64,000 bases of DNA from Candidatus Binatia bacterium (GTDB lineage: Bacteria; Desulfobacterota; Binatia; UBA9968; JAJDTQ01): contig OY762897.2 in NCBI GenBank assembly GCA_963666515.2, positions 1 through 64,000 of the forward strand, given 5' to 3'. Made by a program: the position numbers and the translations under genes. How positions within the stretch are numbered: the stretch's first letter is position 1; each line of letters begins with the position of its first letter. Under the pieces are notes generated by a model. The model saw only the letters and a list, made by a program, of their open reading frames with translations, ran no database searches and was not told the DNA's origin. Shown here piece after piece: positions 9,858-20,141 of the stretch.

Positions 9858-11327
9858 ATGCTTGACGCTGCTTGGCAGGGCCTTACGGGCATACTGGCCC
9901 TGGAGCCCATGCTGCTCCTGCTCTTCGGCGTGCTCCTGGGCACCTGGGGCGGCGCGCTGCCGGGCGTGGGCGGGCCGTCGCAACTCGCGGTGCTGCTGCC
10001 GTTCGCCATGGTGATGGAGCCCTTCAACGCCATCGCCTTCCTCATCGGCGTCACCACCGTGGGCAACACCGGCAACACCTTCACCTCCGTGCTGGTGGCC
10101 GTGCCCGGCGGCTCCGGTGCCCAGGCCACGGTGCTGGACGGCTACCCCATGGCCCGGAACGGCGAGGCCGCCCGCGCCTTGAGCGCGGCCTTCATGGTGT
10201 CCATGCTCGGCGGCATCTTCGGCGCCTTCGTGCTGTTCGCCTCCCTGCCGGTGCTGCGGGAGATCGTGCGCAGCTTCGGCTCCCCCGAGCTGTTCATGTT
10301 CACCATCTGGGGCCTCAGCATGTTGGGGACCATCAGTTCCGGCGCGCCCCTCAAGGGGCTCACCGCGGGCATCCTCGGCGTGCTCCTGTCCACCATCGGG
10401 CAGGACGACAAGTCGGGAGTCATCCGCTTCGATGTCGGGCTGCCCTATCTCTGGGACGGCGTCAGCGTGGTGCTCATCTCCCTCAGCATCTTCGCCATCC
10501 CGGAGATGATCGCGCTGGCCGGGTGCAAGGGGCGCGTGGCCGAGATCCAGAAGCTCGGCGGCGGCCTGCTGCAAGGGATCAAGGACGCCTTCCGTCACTG
10601 GTGGCTCATGATCAGGTGCTCGGCCATCGGCGTCTGGGTGGGGGTTCTGCCCGGCCTCGGCAGCGACGTGGCCGACTGGTTCGCCTACGCCCACGCGCGC
10701 CAGACGGAACGAAACAGCGAGAGCTTCGGGCGCGGCGACGTGCGCGGCGTCATCGCGCCCGAATCCTCCAACAACGCCAAGGAGGGCGGGGCGCTCATCA
10801 CCACGCTGGCGTTCGGCATCCCCGGCAGCACCTCCATGGCGCTGCTGCTCATCGCCTTCGTGGCGGTGGGCCTGACGCCCGGGCCGGAGATGCTCACCGA
10901 CCAGCTCGGCTTCGTCTTCAGCATCATATGGGCGCTGGTGTTCTCCCAGATCCTGGCCTCGGCGGTGTGCTGGATCCTGGTGAAGCCGGCCGCGCGCATC
11001 TGCTTCCTGCCGTTCTACGTTCTGGTGCCGTTCATCGTGGCGCTGGCGTTCCTGAGCGCCTTCGCCGCCAACTTCGACATCGGCGACCTGGTGGCTCTCC
11101 TGTCACTGTCGCTGCTGGGCTACCTGCTGAAGACCTTCGGCTGGCCCCGGGCGCCGGTGGTGCTGGGCTTCGTCCTGGGCCGCAAGATGGAGCTGTACCT
11201 GTGGCTTTCGGTGGCGCGCTACGGCATGGAGTGGGTGCTCCGTCCCGGCGTCATCATCCTGTTCCTGCTGGTGCTGGGCACGCTGGCGTATCCGATGATC
11301 AAGGCGTGGCGCGCGGAGGCTTCATGA
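9858..11327 (+). CDS. tctA: Tripartite tricarboxylate transporter permease TctA
   Basis: ATVLDGYPMARNG, GVIAPESSNNAKEGG and FGIPGS motifs; polytopic membrane protein. Confidence 0.93.
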   Translation: MLDAAWQGLTGILALEPMLLLLFGVLLGTWGGALPGVGGPSQLAVLLPFAMVMEPFNAIAFLIGVTTVGNTGNTFTSVLVAVPGGSGAQATVLDGYPMARNGEAARALSAAFMVSMLGGIFGAFVLFASLPVLREIVRSFGSPELFMFTIWGLSMLGTISSGAPLKGLTAGILGVLLSTIGQDDKSGVIRFDVGLPYLWDGVSVVLISLSIFAIPEMIALAGCKGRVAEIQKLGGGLLQGIKDAFRHWWLMIRCSAIGVWVGVLPGLGSDVADWFAYAHARQTERNSESFGRGDVRGVIAPESSNNAKEGGALITTLAFGIPGSTSMALLLIAFVAVGLTPGPEMLTDQLGFVFSIIWALVFSQILASAVCWILVKPAARICFLPFYVLVPFIVALAFLSAFAANFDIGDLVALLSLSLLGYLLKTFGWPRAPVVLGFVLGRKMELYLWLSVARYGMEWVLRPGVIILFLLVLGTLAYPMIKAWRAEAS

Positions 11328-11337
11328 GGGTCCGTCC

Positions 11338-11817
11338 ATGAGATTCAGGCCCACCGACTACTTCACGCTCTTCATCGGGCTCGCCATCCTGGCCGCCATG
11401 ATCGCGGCCTGGGACTGGCCGCTCCGCGCCTCCATCATCATCCTGGTGCTGGGCAGCGCCGGGCTGGTGATGGTGGCGGCGCAACTGGCGCTGGATCTGA
11501 CCCGCAACCGCAAGCGCACCGTCGAGCCGAAGCTGGCTTTCGAGATACCGTCCTTCGAGGAAACCGACCCCGGGGCGTTCCAGCGCGGCACCCTGGAGAT
11601 CTGGGGCTGGCTGATCGGGTTGCTCGTGACGGTCCTGTTGATCGGTCTCCCCGCGGCCCTGGTCCTGTTCGTGTTCCTCTACATGAGGACCTACGGTGCG
11701 GGCTGGCTCTTGTCCCTCGGCATGGCCGCGGCCATCGCCGCCTTCGAGTACGGCGTCTACGACCGCATCATGCACGTCTACTGGCCGGAAGCGCTTATCT
11801 GGCGCCTGTTCGAGTAG
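11338..11817 (+). CDS. tctB: TctB-family small membrane subunit
   Basis: About four TM helices, immediately downstream of tctA. Confidence 0.75.
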   Translation: MRFRPTDYFTLFIGLAILAAMIAAWDWPLRASIIILVLGSAGLVMVAAQLALDLTRNRKRTVEPKLAFEIPSFEETDPGAFQRGTLEIWGWLIGLLVTVLLIGLPAALVLFVFLYMRTYGAGWLLSLGMAAAIAAFEYGVYDRIMHVYWPEALIWRLFE

Positions 11818-11843
11818 CGGGACGGGCAACCGGCCCTCGGCAC

Positions 11844-11871
11844 CGTCATTCCGGCGAAAGCCGGAATCCAG
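11844..11871. repeat. REP-like palindrome between convergent genes
   Basis: CGTCATTCCGGCGAAAGCCGGAATCCAG hairpin. Confidence 0.6.
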
Positions 11872-11925
11872 GTGGGGTAGGGCGGGATAACCGGGAGAGC
11901 TGGAGTCCAGGGGCCGCGGATGGGC

Positions 11926-12858
11926 TTACGCGGCGGTTCCCCACACCCCGTCGATGTAGCCGCTGTCGTCGATCTCCCGCAGGTAGTGCAGGTCCCACAT
12001 GGCCAGGGGGTTGAAGCCTTCCACTTCGGGGTGGCGCCGGACCGCCAGCGCGAAGACGTTGCGGATGGCATCGAGGGTCGGGTAGGGCTTGGGCTCCAGG
12101 GTGGCGACCTGCTCGTCGTAGAACGCCGCGAGTTCCTCGTCCGTTTCGTACTTGTCGCCGCAGTGGGTCTTGATGATCTCCAGGGTCTCTTCCCGGTGGG
12201 TCTTGAAGAAGTGGACGGCGTCCACCAGGGCGCGGATCAGGGCGCGGACCTCCTCGGGATGACCGTCGACGTAGGTCGTGGTGGTGGTGAGGGTGACGCC
12301 CTCGATCATGGCCATGGGCGGGACGTCGATGAGCGTGGCGCCCAGGGCGCGGGCGCGCAGCTTGTCCACCGCGCGCACGAAGGTGGCGCCGTACTCGCCC
12401 GACATGACGCCCCGGACCCGTTCCCGGGCGTCCTTGGGTCCCTCCACCAGCTCCACGTCGCGGCCTTCCTCCAGTCCGTGGAGCCTCAGGTAGAGCCAGA
12501 CGTTGAGCCCGGTGTGGCCGTCGAAGTCGTCCATCACCACCCGCTTGCCCTTGAGGTCCGCCAGCCCGCCGACGCCGTCTCCCGCCACCAGGCAGTTCTC
12601 GCGCCACTGGTTGTTGGGCTGGGCCAGGTGGACGAACGGCTCGTTGTGCCGCGCCCGGCGCACGTAGAGGTTGTGGTGGTTGCCGGAGACGATGTCGATC
12701 TCGCCTGCCCGGAGCCCCTGCATGGCCTTGCCGCGCATGCCCTCCATGGAGCCGAAGTCCATGGACGCGCCGTGGCGCTCCAGGAAGCCGCCGTACTCGA
12801 TGACCTTCCACAGCGGCACGTGGCTGGAGGCCCGGTAGTAGATACGCATCTTTTCCAT
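11926..12858 (-). CDS. NMT1/SsuA-like ABC-type substrate-binding protein (no signal peptide)
   Basis: GEIDIVSGNHH, LADLKGKRV and HPEEVRALIRAL motifs. Confidence 0.75.
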   Translation of the reverse strand: MEKMRIYYRASSHVPLWKVIEYGGFLERHGASMDFGSMEGMRGKAMQGLRAGEIDIVSGNHHNLYVRRARHNEPFVHLAQPNNQWRENCLVAGDGVGGLADLKGKRVVMDDFDGHTGLNVWLYLRLHGLEEGRDVELVEGPKDARERVRGVMSGEYGATFVRAVDKLRARALGATLIDVPPMAMIEGVTLTTTTTYVDGHPEEVRALIRALVDAVHFFKTHREETLEIIKTHCGDKYETDEELAAFYDEQVATLEPKPYPTLDAIRNVFALAVRRHPEVEGFNPLAMWDLHYLREIDDSGYIDGVWGTAA

Positions 12859-12891
12859 GGTCGTTCCTTGTGATGGATGGCCGGCGGGCCG

Positions 12892-13965
12892 TCAGCCCGA
12901 CACCGCCGCCATCTTCGATTGCAGACCTTCCCTGGCCAGCTCCGACTCGAAGATCTCGCGGATACGGGGATCCTCGTCCTCGTACTCGATCTGGTCGCCG
13001 CCTTCCTTGACGCTCTTGTCGGTGCCGAAGCCCTTCTCCCGCATGGGGAACTTGCGGCTGTTCCAGCGCAGCGCCAGGTACCGGGCCGGCGTGCCCCCGG
13101 AATTGAAGTGCTGGTGGAACCACATCTCCGGCGGCACGATCACGCTGCGTTCGTGCCAATCGAACTTCTGGATGTTCGACCCGCCGGGCCACATGAGCGA
13201 AAACCCCTTGCCGCCGAGGACCACCACGTGGGCGCCGGGTCCGTGGCGGTGGGCCTTCTTGTAGGTGCCCACCGGGAACTCGGCGATGTGCGCGGTCATG
13301 GAGTTCTCCGACAGCTCGATGCCCAGGAACCGCCCGCCGGCGCCCCGGTTCTCGCGCACGTAAAGCTCGATGGAGCGCACGTCGGCGATGAAGTTGGTGT
13401 CCCACACCTTGATGGCGCGGAAGTCGTACTGCTCGCCCTTGCCGGAGAAGTAGTCCTCGGGGCTGCTGAAGCGGTCGTCGAAGGAGAAATGGTTGTCGAA
13501 GACGAAGTCCGGGTTGTGGAACAGGTTGATGACCAGCGGCGCGGAGGTGACCGCGAAGAAGCGCGCGGGTTCCGAGCCGCTGCCGTTGAAGTGCTGGCGC
13601 CAAGTGTTCAGGGGAGGGGAGAACACGCTGCCGGCGCCCCACTCGAAGGTGCTCTTCTTGCCGTCCTCGTTCCACACCGAGGTGGCGCCGTGGCCGCTCA
13701 CCACGTAGATCATCTCCTCGAACAGGTAGCGCTGGGGATGCAGGCTCTTGCCCGGGGGGATCTCGCAGATGTACGAGTCGTTGCTCTCGCCGGTTCCGAT
13801 GAGGTTCAGGTAGGCGCCTAGGCCGCCCTTCCATTCCCACGGCTCCAACTCCACCGTCCCCAGGTCCTTCACGTAGAACTCCTTGAGGATCGGTATGCCC
13901 TGGGAGGCGATCCACTTCTGGTACGGAGTGCTTCCGCCCAGCTCGGCTTTCTGACCCTTCAGCAC
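12892..13965 (-). CDS. Bicupin protein (gentisate-dioxygenase-like)
   Basis: GTG start after AAAGGAG; FEEMIYVVSGHG, PLNTWRQHFN, KAHRHGPGAH and WFHQHFN motifs. Confidence 0.8.
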   Translation of the reverse strand: MLKGQKAELGGSTPYQKWIASQGIPILKEFYVKDLGTVELEPWEWKGGLGAYLNLIGTGESNDSYICEIPPGKSLHPQRYLFEEMIYVVSGHGATSVWNEDGKKSTFEWGAGSVFSPPLNTWRQHFNGSGSEPARFFAVTSAPLVINLFHNPDFVFDNHFSFDDRFSSPEDYFSGKGEQYDFRAIKVWDTNFIADVRSIELYVRENRGAGGRFLGIELSENSMTAHIAEFPVGTYKKAHRHGPGAHVVVLGGKGFSLMWPGGSNIQKFDWHERSVIVPPEMWFHQHFNSGGTPARYLALRWNSRKFPMREKGFGTDKSVKEGGDQIEYEDEDPRIREIFESELAREGLQSKMAAVSG

Positions 13966-14087
13966 GTCGCGCGCTCCTTTCTGCGCCAAGTGGATTAGGC
14001 TATACCGTTGCCGGGTCGAAGAATCAACGCGATGCGAGCGTGAGGGGCGACGCGTCCTCCGCACCGTCGCCGGCCCGCCACCCATTC

Positions 14088-15353
14088 ATGCTCCGAAGAA
14101 TCAAAGACGGGCTGCAACGGGCAGGAGGATCGCTCGCGTACCGCGAGTTCCGGCTGTTCTACGTGGCGGTGGTGAGCGCGTCCATGGGCAACCAGATCCA
14201 GCGCATCGTCGACCTCTGGGTGGTGTACGAGATGACCGGCTCGACGGCTTACCTGGCGCTCACCGGCCTGGCCCGCGGCATCCCCATCATCGTCTTCTCC
14301 CTCGCCGGCGGCCTCATCGCCGACCGCGTCGACCGCAGGGGCTTCATCATGGTGATGCAGCTCGGCAGCGCCGCGGCGAACCTGCTGCTGGCCGGGCTGA
14401 TCCTGGCCGGGTCGGTGCAGTTGTGGCACATCCTCGTCATCTCCATGGTCAGCTCGTCCTTCGTGGCCATCAGCGCGCCGGCCCGCACCGCCATCACGCC
14501 CGCGCTGGTGCCGCGGAACCTGCTGGTCAACGCCTTCGCCTTCACCGGCACGGCCTGGAAGCTGGCGCAGATCATCGGCCCGGCGTTGGCGGGGCCCATG
14601 ATCGCCATCGCCGGCAGCGGCGTGACCTATGGGTTCAACGGCTGCGTCTATCTCCTGAGCGCCGGGGTGCTGCTGTTCATGAGCTACCGCTCGGTCCCTG
14701 CCACAACCGGCCAATCCGCGCTCAGGAGCCTGGTGGAGGCTTTGTCGTTCGTCAAGCGGGAATCGGTCATCGCGGTGCTGGTGTCCATGGACGTGGTGGC
14801 GGTCTTCTTCGGCGCCTACCGCATCCTTCTGCCGGTGATCGCGGTGGATCTCGGCATGGGAGCCACAGGCTTCGGCCTGTTCTCGTCGGCGCCCGCGGTG
14901 GGCGCGATCCTCGGCGCCGCCGCGATCATGGCGTGCGGAGACATGCGCTACAAGGGCCTGGTGGTGGCGGGAGGCATCCTCGGCTACGCTGCGTGCCTCG
15001 CGGGTCTTGCGCTGTCGCCGTGGTTTCTCATGTCGCTGGCCGTGGTGATGCTGCTGGGCGTCTTCGACGCCGTCCAGACCATCCCGCGCAACGCCGTGAT
15101 CCAGTTGGTGACCCCGGACGCGCTGCGGGGCCGCGTGTCGAGCTTCACGCGCATGCTGAGCGTCGGCATGCCCGGTCTCGGCGAGGCGCAGATGGGCGCG
15201 ATGGCCGCTCTCCTGGGCTCGGCTGCGACGCTGCTGCTGGCCGCGGTGGTCTGCGCCGGCGCCACCCTGGGGATGCTCGGCTGGCGCCGCGACTTGCGTG
15301 GGGCCGACCTGGGAAACTCCTCGCGGCTTGACTCCGCGCCCGCCGCTCAATAA
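14088..15353 (+). CDS. MFS transporter (MFS_3-like)
   Basis: GLIADRVDRR motif A, PDALRGRV, about 12 TM helices. Confidence 0.88.
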   Translation: MLRRIKDGLQRAGGSLAYREFRLFYVAVVSASMGNQIQRIVDLWVVYEMTGSTAYLALTGLARGIPIIVFSLAGGLIADRVDRRGFIMVMQLGSAAANLLLAGLILAGSVQLWHILVISMVSSSFVAISAPARTAITPALVPRNLLVNAFAFTGTAWKLAQIIGPALAGPMIAIAGSGVTYGFNGCVYLLSAGVLLFMSYRSVPATTGQSALRSLVEALSFVKRESVIAVLVSMDVVAVFFGAYRILLPVIAVDLGMGATGFGLFSSAPAVGAILGAAAIMACGDMRYKGLVVAGGILGYAACLAGLALSPWFLMSLAVVMLLGVFDAVQTIPRNAVIQLVTPDALRGRVSSFTRMLSVGMPGLGEAQMGAMAALLGSAATLLLAAVVCAGATLGMLGWRRDLRGADLGNSSRLDSAPAAQ

Positions 15354-15427
15354 GAGAACAAGCTGGTCCCTCGACACGAGCAGGGACTCGGCCGAAGGCC
15401 GTGTTGATGACAAGGGAGGTTAACGAA

Positions 15428-15841
15428 ATGGCAGACCTGTCGCACCAAGTGATTCACGAAGCAGCGGGGGAGCTGCTTTCCGAGTTGGCCAACGAAACCG
15501 GGCGTCCGGTGTCCTGGGCGGTGTTGAACGCCCACCGGGAGATGTTGCACTACACTCGCATGGACGGCGCGCCCTACCGCTCCAGCGTCCTCTCCCACAA
15601 CAAGGGATATTCCGCGGTGTGGTTCGGCCGCGACTCGGTGGAGATCGAGAAGATGGTGGGCACCCGCGGCATCGCCGCCTACGGCGACCCGAACCTGACT
15701 TCCATCGGCGGCGGGGTGCTCATCAAGGACAAGGACGGCGCCGTGGCGGGCGCCATCGGGGTGAGCGGACGCACCATGGAGGAGGATATCGAGGTAGCGG
15801 TGCGGCTGGCGGACAAGATCAAGGCGAAGGCGGGGCTGTGA
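15428..15841 (+). CDS. GlcG/HbpS-family heme-binding protein
   Basis: RMDGA, NKGYSA, GGGVLI and GAIGVSG motifs. Confidence 0.85.
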   Translation: MADLSHQVIHEAAGELLSELANETGRPVSWAVLNAHREMLHYTRMDGAPYRSSVLSHNKGYSAVWFGRDSVEIEKMVGTRGIAAYGDPNLTSIGGGVLIKDKDGAVAGAIGVSGRTMEEDIEVAVRLADKIKAKAGL

Positions 15842-15870
15842 GGCCGCGCCGGCCAAAGGAGGGGACTCCA

Positions 15871-16902
15871 ATGAAGATGTTTCGTTCCATGATCCTGGGC
15901 ATCGCGGCGCTGTTCCTGGTGGCGGGGGTCGCCGGGGCCGCGGATGCGCCGTTCTACAAGGGCAAGACCATCCGCATCGTCGTGGGCTACAGCCCGGGCG
16001 GCGGCTTCGACACGTTCTCCCGGCTCCTGGGCAGGTTCCTCAGCAAGAACGTGCCGGGAAATCCCTCGGTCATCGTGGTCAACATGCCGGGCGCGAGCAG
16101 CATGGCCGCGGCCAACCGGGTCTACGCCATGCAACCGGGCAACGGCCTGACCATCGCGGTGTTCAACGCCGGCACGCTGATCCAGGCGGTGAACCGGGAC
16201 CCGAGCGTCAAGTTCGACCCGCGGAAGTACATCTGGCTCGGCGACCCCGCCATCGGAAGCCTTCCCGAAGTGCTCTGGGTCCGCAGCGACCTTCCCGTCA
16301 AGACCTTCGACGACTTCAAGAACTCGAAGAAGGTGCTGCACTCGGGCTCCACGGGCATCGGCTCCGCGTCCACCGCGGCCACGCAATTCCTGCGCTACCT
16401 CGGTTATCCCATCAAGGCGATCATGGGCTATCGCGGCACGGCCAACGTCATGGCCGCCATGGAGCGGAAGGAGTTGGACGCCCGGGTCATGTCCCAGGCC
16501 ACCATGCAGGGCAACTACCGGCGTTACATCGAGAGCGGCTTGGTGCGTCCGATCCTGTCCATCGGAGACGAGCCGCGGGTCAAGCCGATCCCGGGCATCG
16601 CCACCACAAAGGACCTGAATCTCAACGCCGAGCAGCAGAAGATCGCCGACTTCATGATCGGCACCTGGAAGCTGTTGCGGCTCTTCGCCTTGCCGCCCGG
16701 GACGCCGCCGGACCGCGTGGCGACGCTTCGCAAGGCTTTCATGGATACGCTCAACAGCCCGGAGCTGCTCCAGCAGGCCAAGCGCCAGAAGCTCATCATC
16801 TCCCCGGCCTCGCCGGAGTCCGTGGAGAAGACCGTCGCCGGGCTCTACACGGCGTCGCCGGAGCTTCTCGCCAAGTACGACGAGATCGTCAGGGGAAAGT
16901 AG
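15871..16902 (+). CDS. TctC/Bug substrate-binding protein
   Basis: Signal peptide; YSPGGGFD, NMPGA and PPGTPPDRV motifs. Confidence 0.88.
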   Translation: MKMFRSMILGIAALFLVAGVAGAADAPFYKGKTIRIVVGYSPGGGFDTFSRLLGRFLSKNVPGNPSVIVVNMPGASSMAAANRVYAMQPGNGLTIAVFNAGTLIQAVNRDPSVKFDPRKYIWLGDPAIGSLPEVLWVRSDLPVKTFDDFKNSKKVLHSGSTGIGSASTAATQFLRYLGYPIKAIMGYRGTANVMAAMERKELDARVMSQATMQGNYRRYIESGLVRPILSIGDEPRVKPIPGIATTKDLNLNAEQQKIADFMIGTWKLLRLFALPPGTPPDRVATLRKAFMDTLNSPELLQQAKRQKLIISPASPESVEKTVAGLYTASPELLAKYDEIVRGK

Positions 16903-16924
16903 GCGCCGCCGAAGGCGCGCTTCA

Positions 16925-17962
16925 TCATCCCGCCAGGCCGCGCTCCATGATGTAGCGGGCACTCGCCCGGACGCATTCGGCCGCCGGGATGAAGTCCATG
17001 TCCAGGAGTTGCCGCGCCCGGGCGTTGTCCAGTTCCTGGCGCCGGCCGAGCAGCGGGACGATGGAGCGGAGGGTGCGGTCGAAGAGGCCGGCGAGGCGGA
17101 TCAGGAAGTCGGGCGCGGTCCTCAGGGGAATTCTACGTTCAGGGTAGGCGGCCTTCAGGAGTTCCGCGATTTCCGCGATCCACATGAATTCCGCTGCCCC
17201 GATGACGCGTTTTCCCGCCGCGCCGGCTGCCGTCATGGCGCGCACGTGCATCCGGGCGACATCGGTGACGTCCACGATGCCCATGCCCATGTGCGGAAGC
17301 AGGGGATCCTTGCCTCGGAGCAGCCGTTCCACGAGACCCAACGAAGCGCCGTAGTGGTCGTCGAGGGGACGGCCGAGGACGAGACAAGGGTTTATCGTGG
17401 TGAGTTGCATTCCCGGCGCTTCGTTCTCGACGAAATCCCATGCCGCGCGCTCGGCCAGGGTCTTCGACCTGGTGTAGGGCGTCATTCTTGCCCACGATGG
17501 GTCGCTCCAGTCGGTCTCGTCGAATCTGTGCCTGCCGGGGCGGGCAGCCCTGTTGGTGACCGCGGCGGTAGAGGACGTCAATACCACGCGGCGGACGCCG
17601 GCCGCGTGGGCGGCCCGCAGGGCGCGCAGCGTCCCGTCCACCGCGGGTCGGACGAGTTCGTTCTCGTCCCGCGGCTGCGCCATGGGCAGGGGCGACGCCG
17701 TGTGCATCAAGACGTCGATGCCCGACATGGCGTCGGGCCAGCCGTGGTCCTCGTTGAGGTCCAGGGTGACGAAGCGCAGGCGCCGGTCGAGGTCCTCGTC
17801 CGATTCGAGGCGCGGCCGGACTGCCTCCCGGACTTCGTCGCGGCGCGACTCCGTCCGTAGCGAGCCGACCACGCGACAGCCCGCATTCAGCAGTTGGAGA
17901 ACGATGTGCTTGGCGATGAAACCGCTGGCGCCGGTGACCAGGATGGTCCGTGTGTCTCTCAC
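16925..17962 (-). CDS. NAD-dependent epimerase/dehydratase (aldehyde reductase-like extended SDR)
   Basis: TGASGFIA, HTASP and YTRSKTLAE (YxxxK) motifs. Confidence 0.88.
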   Translation of the reverse strand: MRDTRTILVTGASGFIAKHIVLQLLNAGCRVVGSLRTESRRDEVREAVRPRLESDEDLDRRLRFVTLDLNEDHGWPDAMSGIDVLMHTASPLPMAQPRDENELVRPAVDGTLRALRAAHAAGVRRVVLTSSTAAVTNRAARPGRHRFDETDWSDPSWARMTPYTRSKTLAERAAWDFVENEAPGMQLTTINPCLVLGRPLDDHYGASLGLVERLLRGKDPLLPHMGMGIVDVTDVARMHVRAMTAAGAAGKRVIGAAEFMWIAEIAELLKAAYPERRIPLRTAPDFLIRLAGLFDRTLRSIVPLLGRRQELDNARARQLLDMDFIPAAECVRASARYIMERGLAG

Positions 17963-17986
17963 TGGCGTTGGGTTTCGGTCGTGGCG

Positions 17987-18844
17987 CTAGTTCTTGCGGG
18001 CCCCGAACGCCCCGAAAGCCGTGGGATGGTTGAACACTCCTCCCACCTCGCCATGGTCCGGTCCGTAGAACCGGCCCGCGACTTGCCCGTTGCCTTCGAA
18101 CCTGAAAGATCCGTCGGCGAACACGGAAACCGGAGGCCAAGGCATGTCGGGATGGGCGTTACCCGTGTCAGGGTTCTTGATGTTGACGAATCTCACGTCG
18201 AGAGAGCCTACCGCATTGGCTTCAAGAGCGGGGTTCTCGCCCAGGGTGAACGCGACGTTCGCGTCGCCTCGAATCGGCTCGATCTGTCCGTGTCTCGTGT
18301 TGCCGATCATCACCCCGGTCCAGGTCGCATTGCCGCCGGGACTCGTTCCGGTATCGTTCCCGAAGGACATGCTGTAGGCCGTCTGCAGGTTTGTCCCGCC
18401 GGCCCCTGTGGCGTTGCCGATGCTGGTTTCGAGGCCGCTATAGGTGAGCCAGGCGCCGTAGTTCGAGAAAGTCCACTCGTCTCCGCCGCGGGTCGAGGTG
18501 AGGCTGTATTGAGCCACGTCGACCCCTTGGTGCTTGCCGGGCTTCGTATAAGTGGTGCGGGGATCGACCGTTAGCCCGGCGAGCGCCCGGAGGGGCTCGA
18601 TCCTGGGCGCACTATCGGTCGGATTCCGCGTGCACGTCTGTCCGGTGCAGTTGTATCGCGTCAGAGTCGTCTTGTCGCCGTTGACGGAGAATACATCGCT
18701 CACGATCAGGGTATCGGACTGCAGGACGATACTGCTTACCCGGGCAGCTATGTCGACGCCTTGGAGAATCTTGATGACCTTGCTGCCATCATCCTTGGCG
18801 CAGGCGGCCAGGAAAACCACCAGCACCAGTGCGATGCGCCACAT
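17987..18844 (-). CDS. Surface lipoprotein with TbpB/HphA-like C-terminal beta-barrel
   Basis: Lipobox FLAAC; C-terminus GRFYGPDHGEVGGVF..GAFGARK. Confidence 0.65.
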   Translation of the reverse strand: MWRIALVLVVFLAACAKDDGSKVIKILQGVDIAARVSSIVLQSDTLIVSDVFSVNGDKTTLTRYNCTGQTCTRNPTDSAPRIEPLRALAGLTVDPRTTYTKPGKHQGVDVAQYSLTSTRGGDEWTFSNYGAWLTYSGLETSIGNATGAGGTNLQTAYSMSFGNDTGTSPGGNATWTGVMIGNTRHGQIEPIRGDANVAFTLGENPALEANAVGSLDVRFVNIKNPDTGNAHPDMPWPPVSVFADGSFRFEGNGQVAGRFYGPDHGEVGGVFNHPTAFGAFGARKN

Positions 18845-19079
18845 AGAGAACCTCCTTGATCGGGTTCGAGTCGTGGAAGCCGTTGTCTTGATTGATTAAC
18901 AGAGAAGCCCGTTGGCTGCAATTCGGTTTTGGACGGACCCTCGTCGCCGCCCCTCCCAAAGAACGGAAGGGGTTGAATGCAAGGACGAAAGGGGAGTAAA
19001 TGGAGCGGTGCTCGCAGGATTCCATTGAGTGGCGCGGGATGCGCTCCATTCTTTCGTCCGCACGCCTGGAGGAAAACTT

Positions 19080-20102
19080 ATGAGAAGTACGAACAGAGTT
19101 GTGATTGTCACGGTTGCGGCCGCCTTGTGCCTGGCCGCCACCGCCCAAGCGGCGCCGGACTACCAGGGCAAGAGCCTGCGCATGATCGTGGGCACGTCGC
19201 CGGGCGGCGGATACGACACCTATGCCCGGGCCATCGCGCGCCATATGTCGAAACACCTGCCCGGGAAGCCGAACATCATCGTGCAGAACATGCCCGGGGC
19301 GGGCAGCCTCATCGCCGCCAACTACCTGTACAACGTCGCCAGACCCGACGGGCTGACCTTCGCCATGCTCATCAGCGGCTTGGTCATGGAACAGACCATG
19401 GGCACGGAGGGGATCAAGTTCGACGCCGGCAAGTTCCACTGGATCGGCGCGCCCAGCGTGGGCATGCCGGTGTGCGCGTTCATGGGATTCAGCGGCGTGA
19501 CGAAACTCCAGGACTTGGTAACGTCGAAGAAGCCCATCACCATGGGGGCGGCCGGCAGCAGCACCCGCGAGCAACCGAGGATTCTGAAACAGTTGATCGG
19601 CGCCAACGTGAAGCTGGTGCCCGGCTACCAGGGCACCGCGGGCATTCGCGCCGCCATGACCCGGCGGGAGGTGGACGGCGCCTGCTGGCAGTGGGTGTCC
19701 ATGAAGATCACCGCCCGCGACATGCTGAACGCCAAGGGAGACGACCGGCTGATCCCGGTGCTCCTGCAGGGCGATTCCAATGACCCCCAGGTGAAGGGGC
19801 TTCCCAAGTACACCGATTTCATCAAGGGCGCGGAGGACATGGAGGCGTTCAACGCGTGGATGGCCCAGTACCGGTTTTTCCGTCCGTTCGCCGCGCCGCC
19901 CAAGGCCCCGGCCGACGGCGTCGAGGTCCTGCGGCGAGCCTTCAAGGCAACGCTGGAAGACCCGGACTTCCTGGCGCTCGCCAGGAAGACGAGGATGACC
20001 ATCGATTACGTGTCGGCGGAAGACGTCGCGGCCCAGGTGAAACAGGTGTTGGCCGCCTCGCCCGCGGTCAAGGCCAAGCTCAGGGACATCATCGGAAACT
20101 GA
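19080..20102 (+). CDS. TctC/Bug substrate-binding protein
   Basis: Signal peptide; SPGGGYDTYAR, QNMPGAGS and PDGLT motifs. Confidence 0.88.
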   Translation: MRSTNRVVIVTVAAALCLAATAQAAPDYQGKSLRMIVGTSPGGGYDTYARAIARHMSKHLPGKPNIIVQNMPGAGSLIAANYLYNVARPDGLTFAMLISGLVMEQTMGTEGIKFDAGKFHWIGAPSVGMPVCAFMGFSGVTKLQDLVTSKKPITMGAAGSSTREQPRILKQLIGANVKLVPGYQGTAGIRAAMTRREVDGACWQWVSMKITARDMLNAKGDDRLIPVLLQGDSNDPQVKGLPKYTDFIKGAEDMEAFNAWMAQYRFFRPFAAPPKAPADGVEVLRRAFKATLEDPDFLALARKTRMTIDYVSAEDVAAQVKQVLAASPAVKAKLRDIIGN

Positions 20103-20141
20103 CAACGCCCCCAGGGGGACCCGTCAGAAAGGAGGATACGC

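Noticed and set aside
8160-10694. 844-aa minus-strand ORF and similar long shadow ORFs (21266-23497, 25481-27397, 46592-48343, 53682-55874)
   Set aside because: All lie opposite motif-supported genes and have no family signatures.
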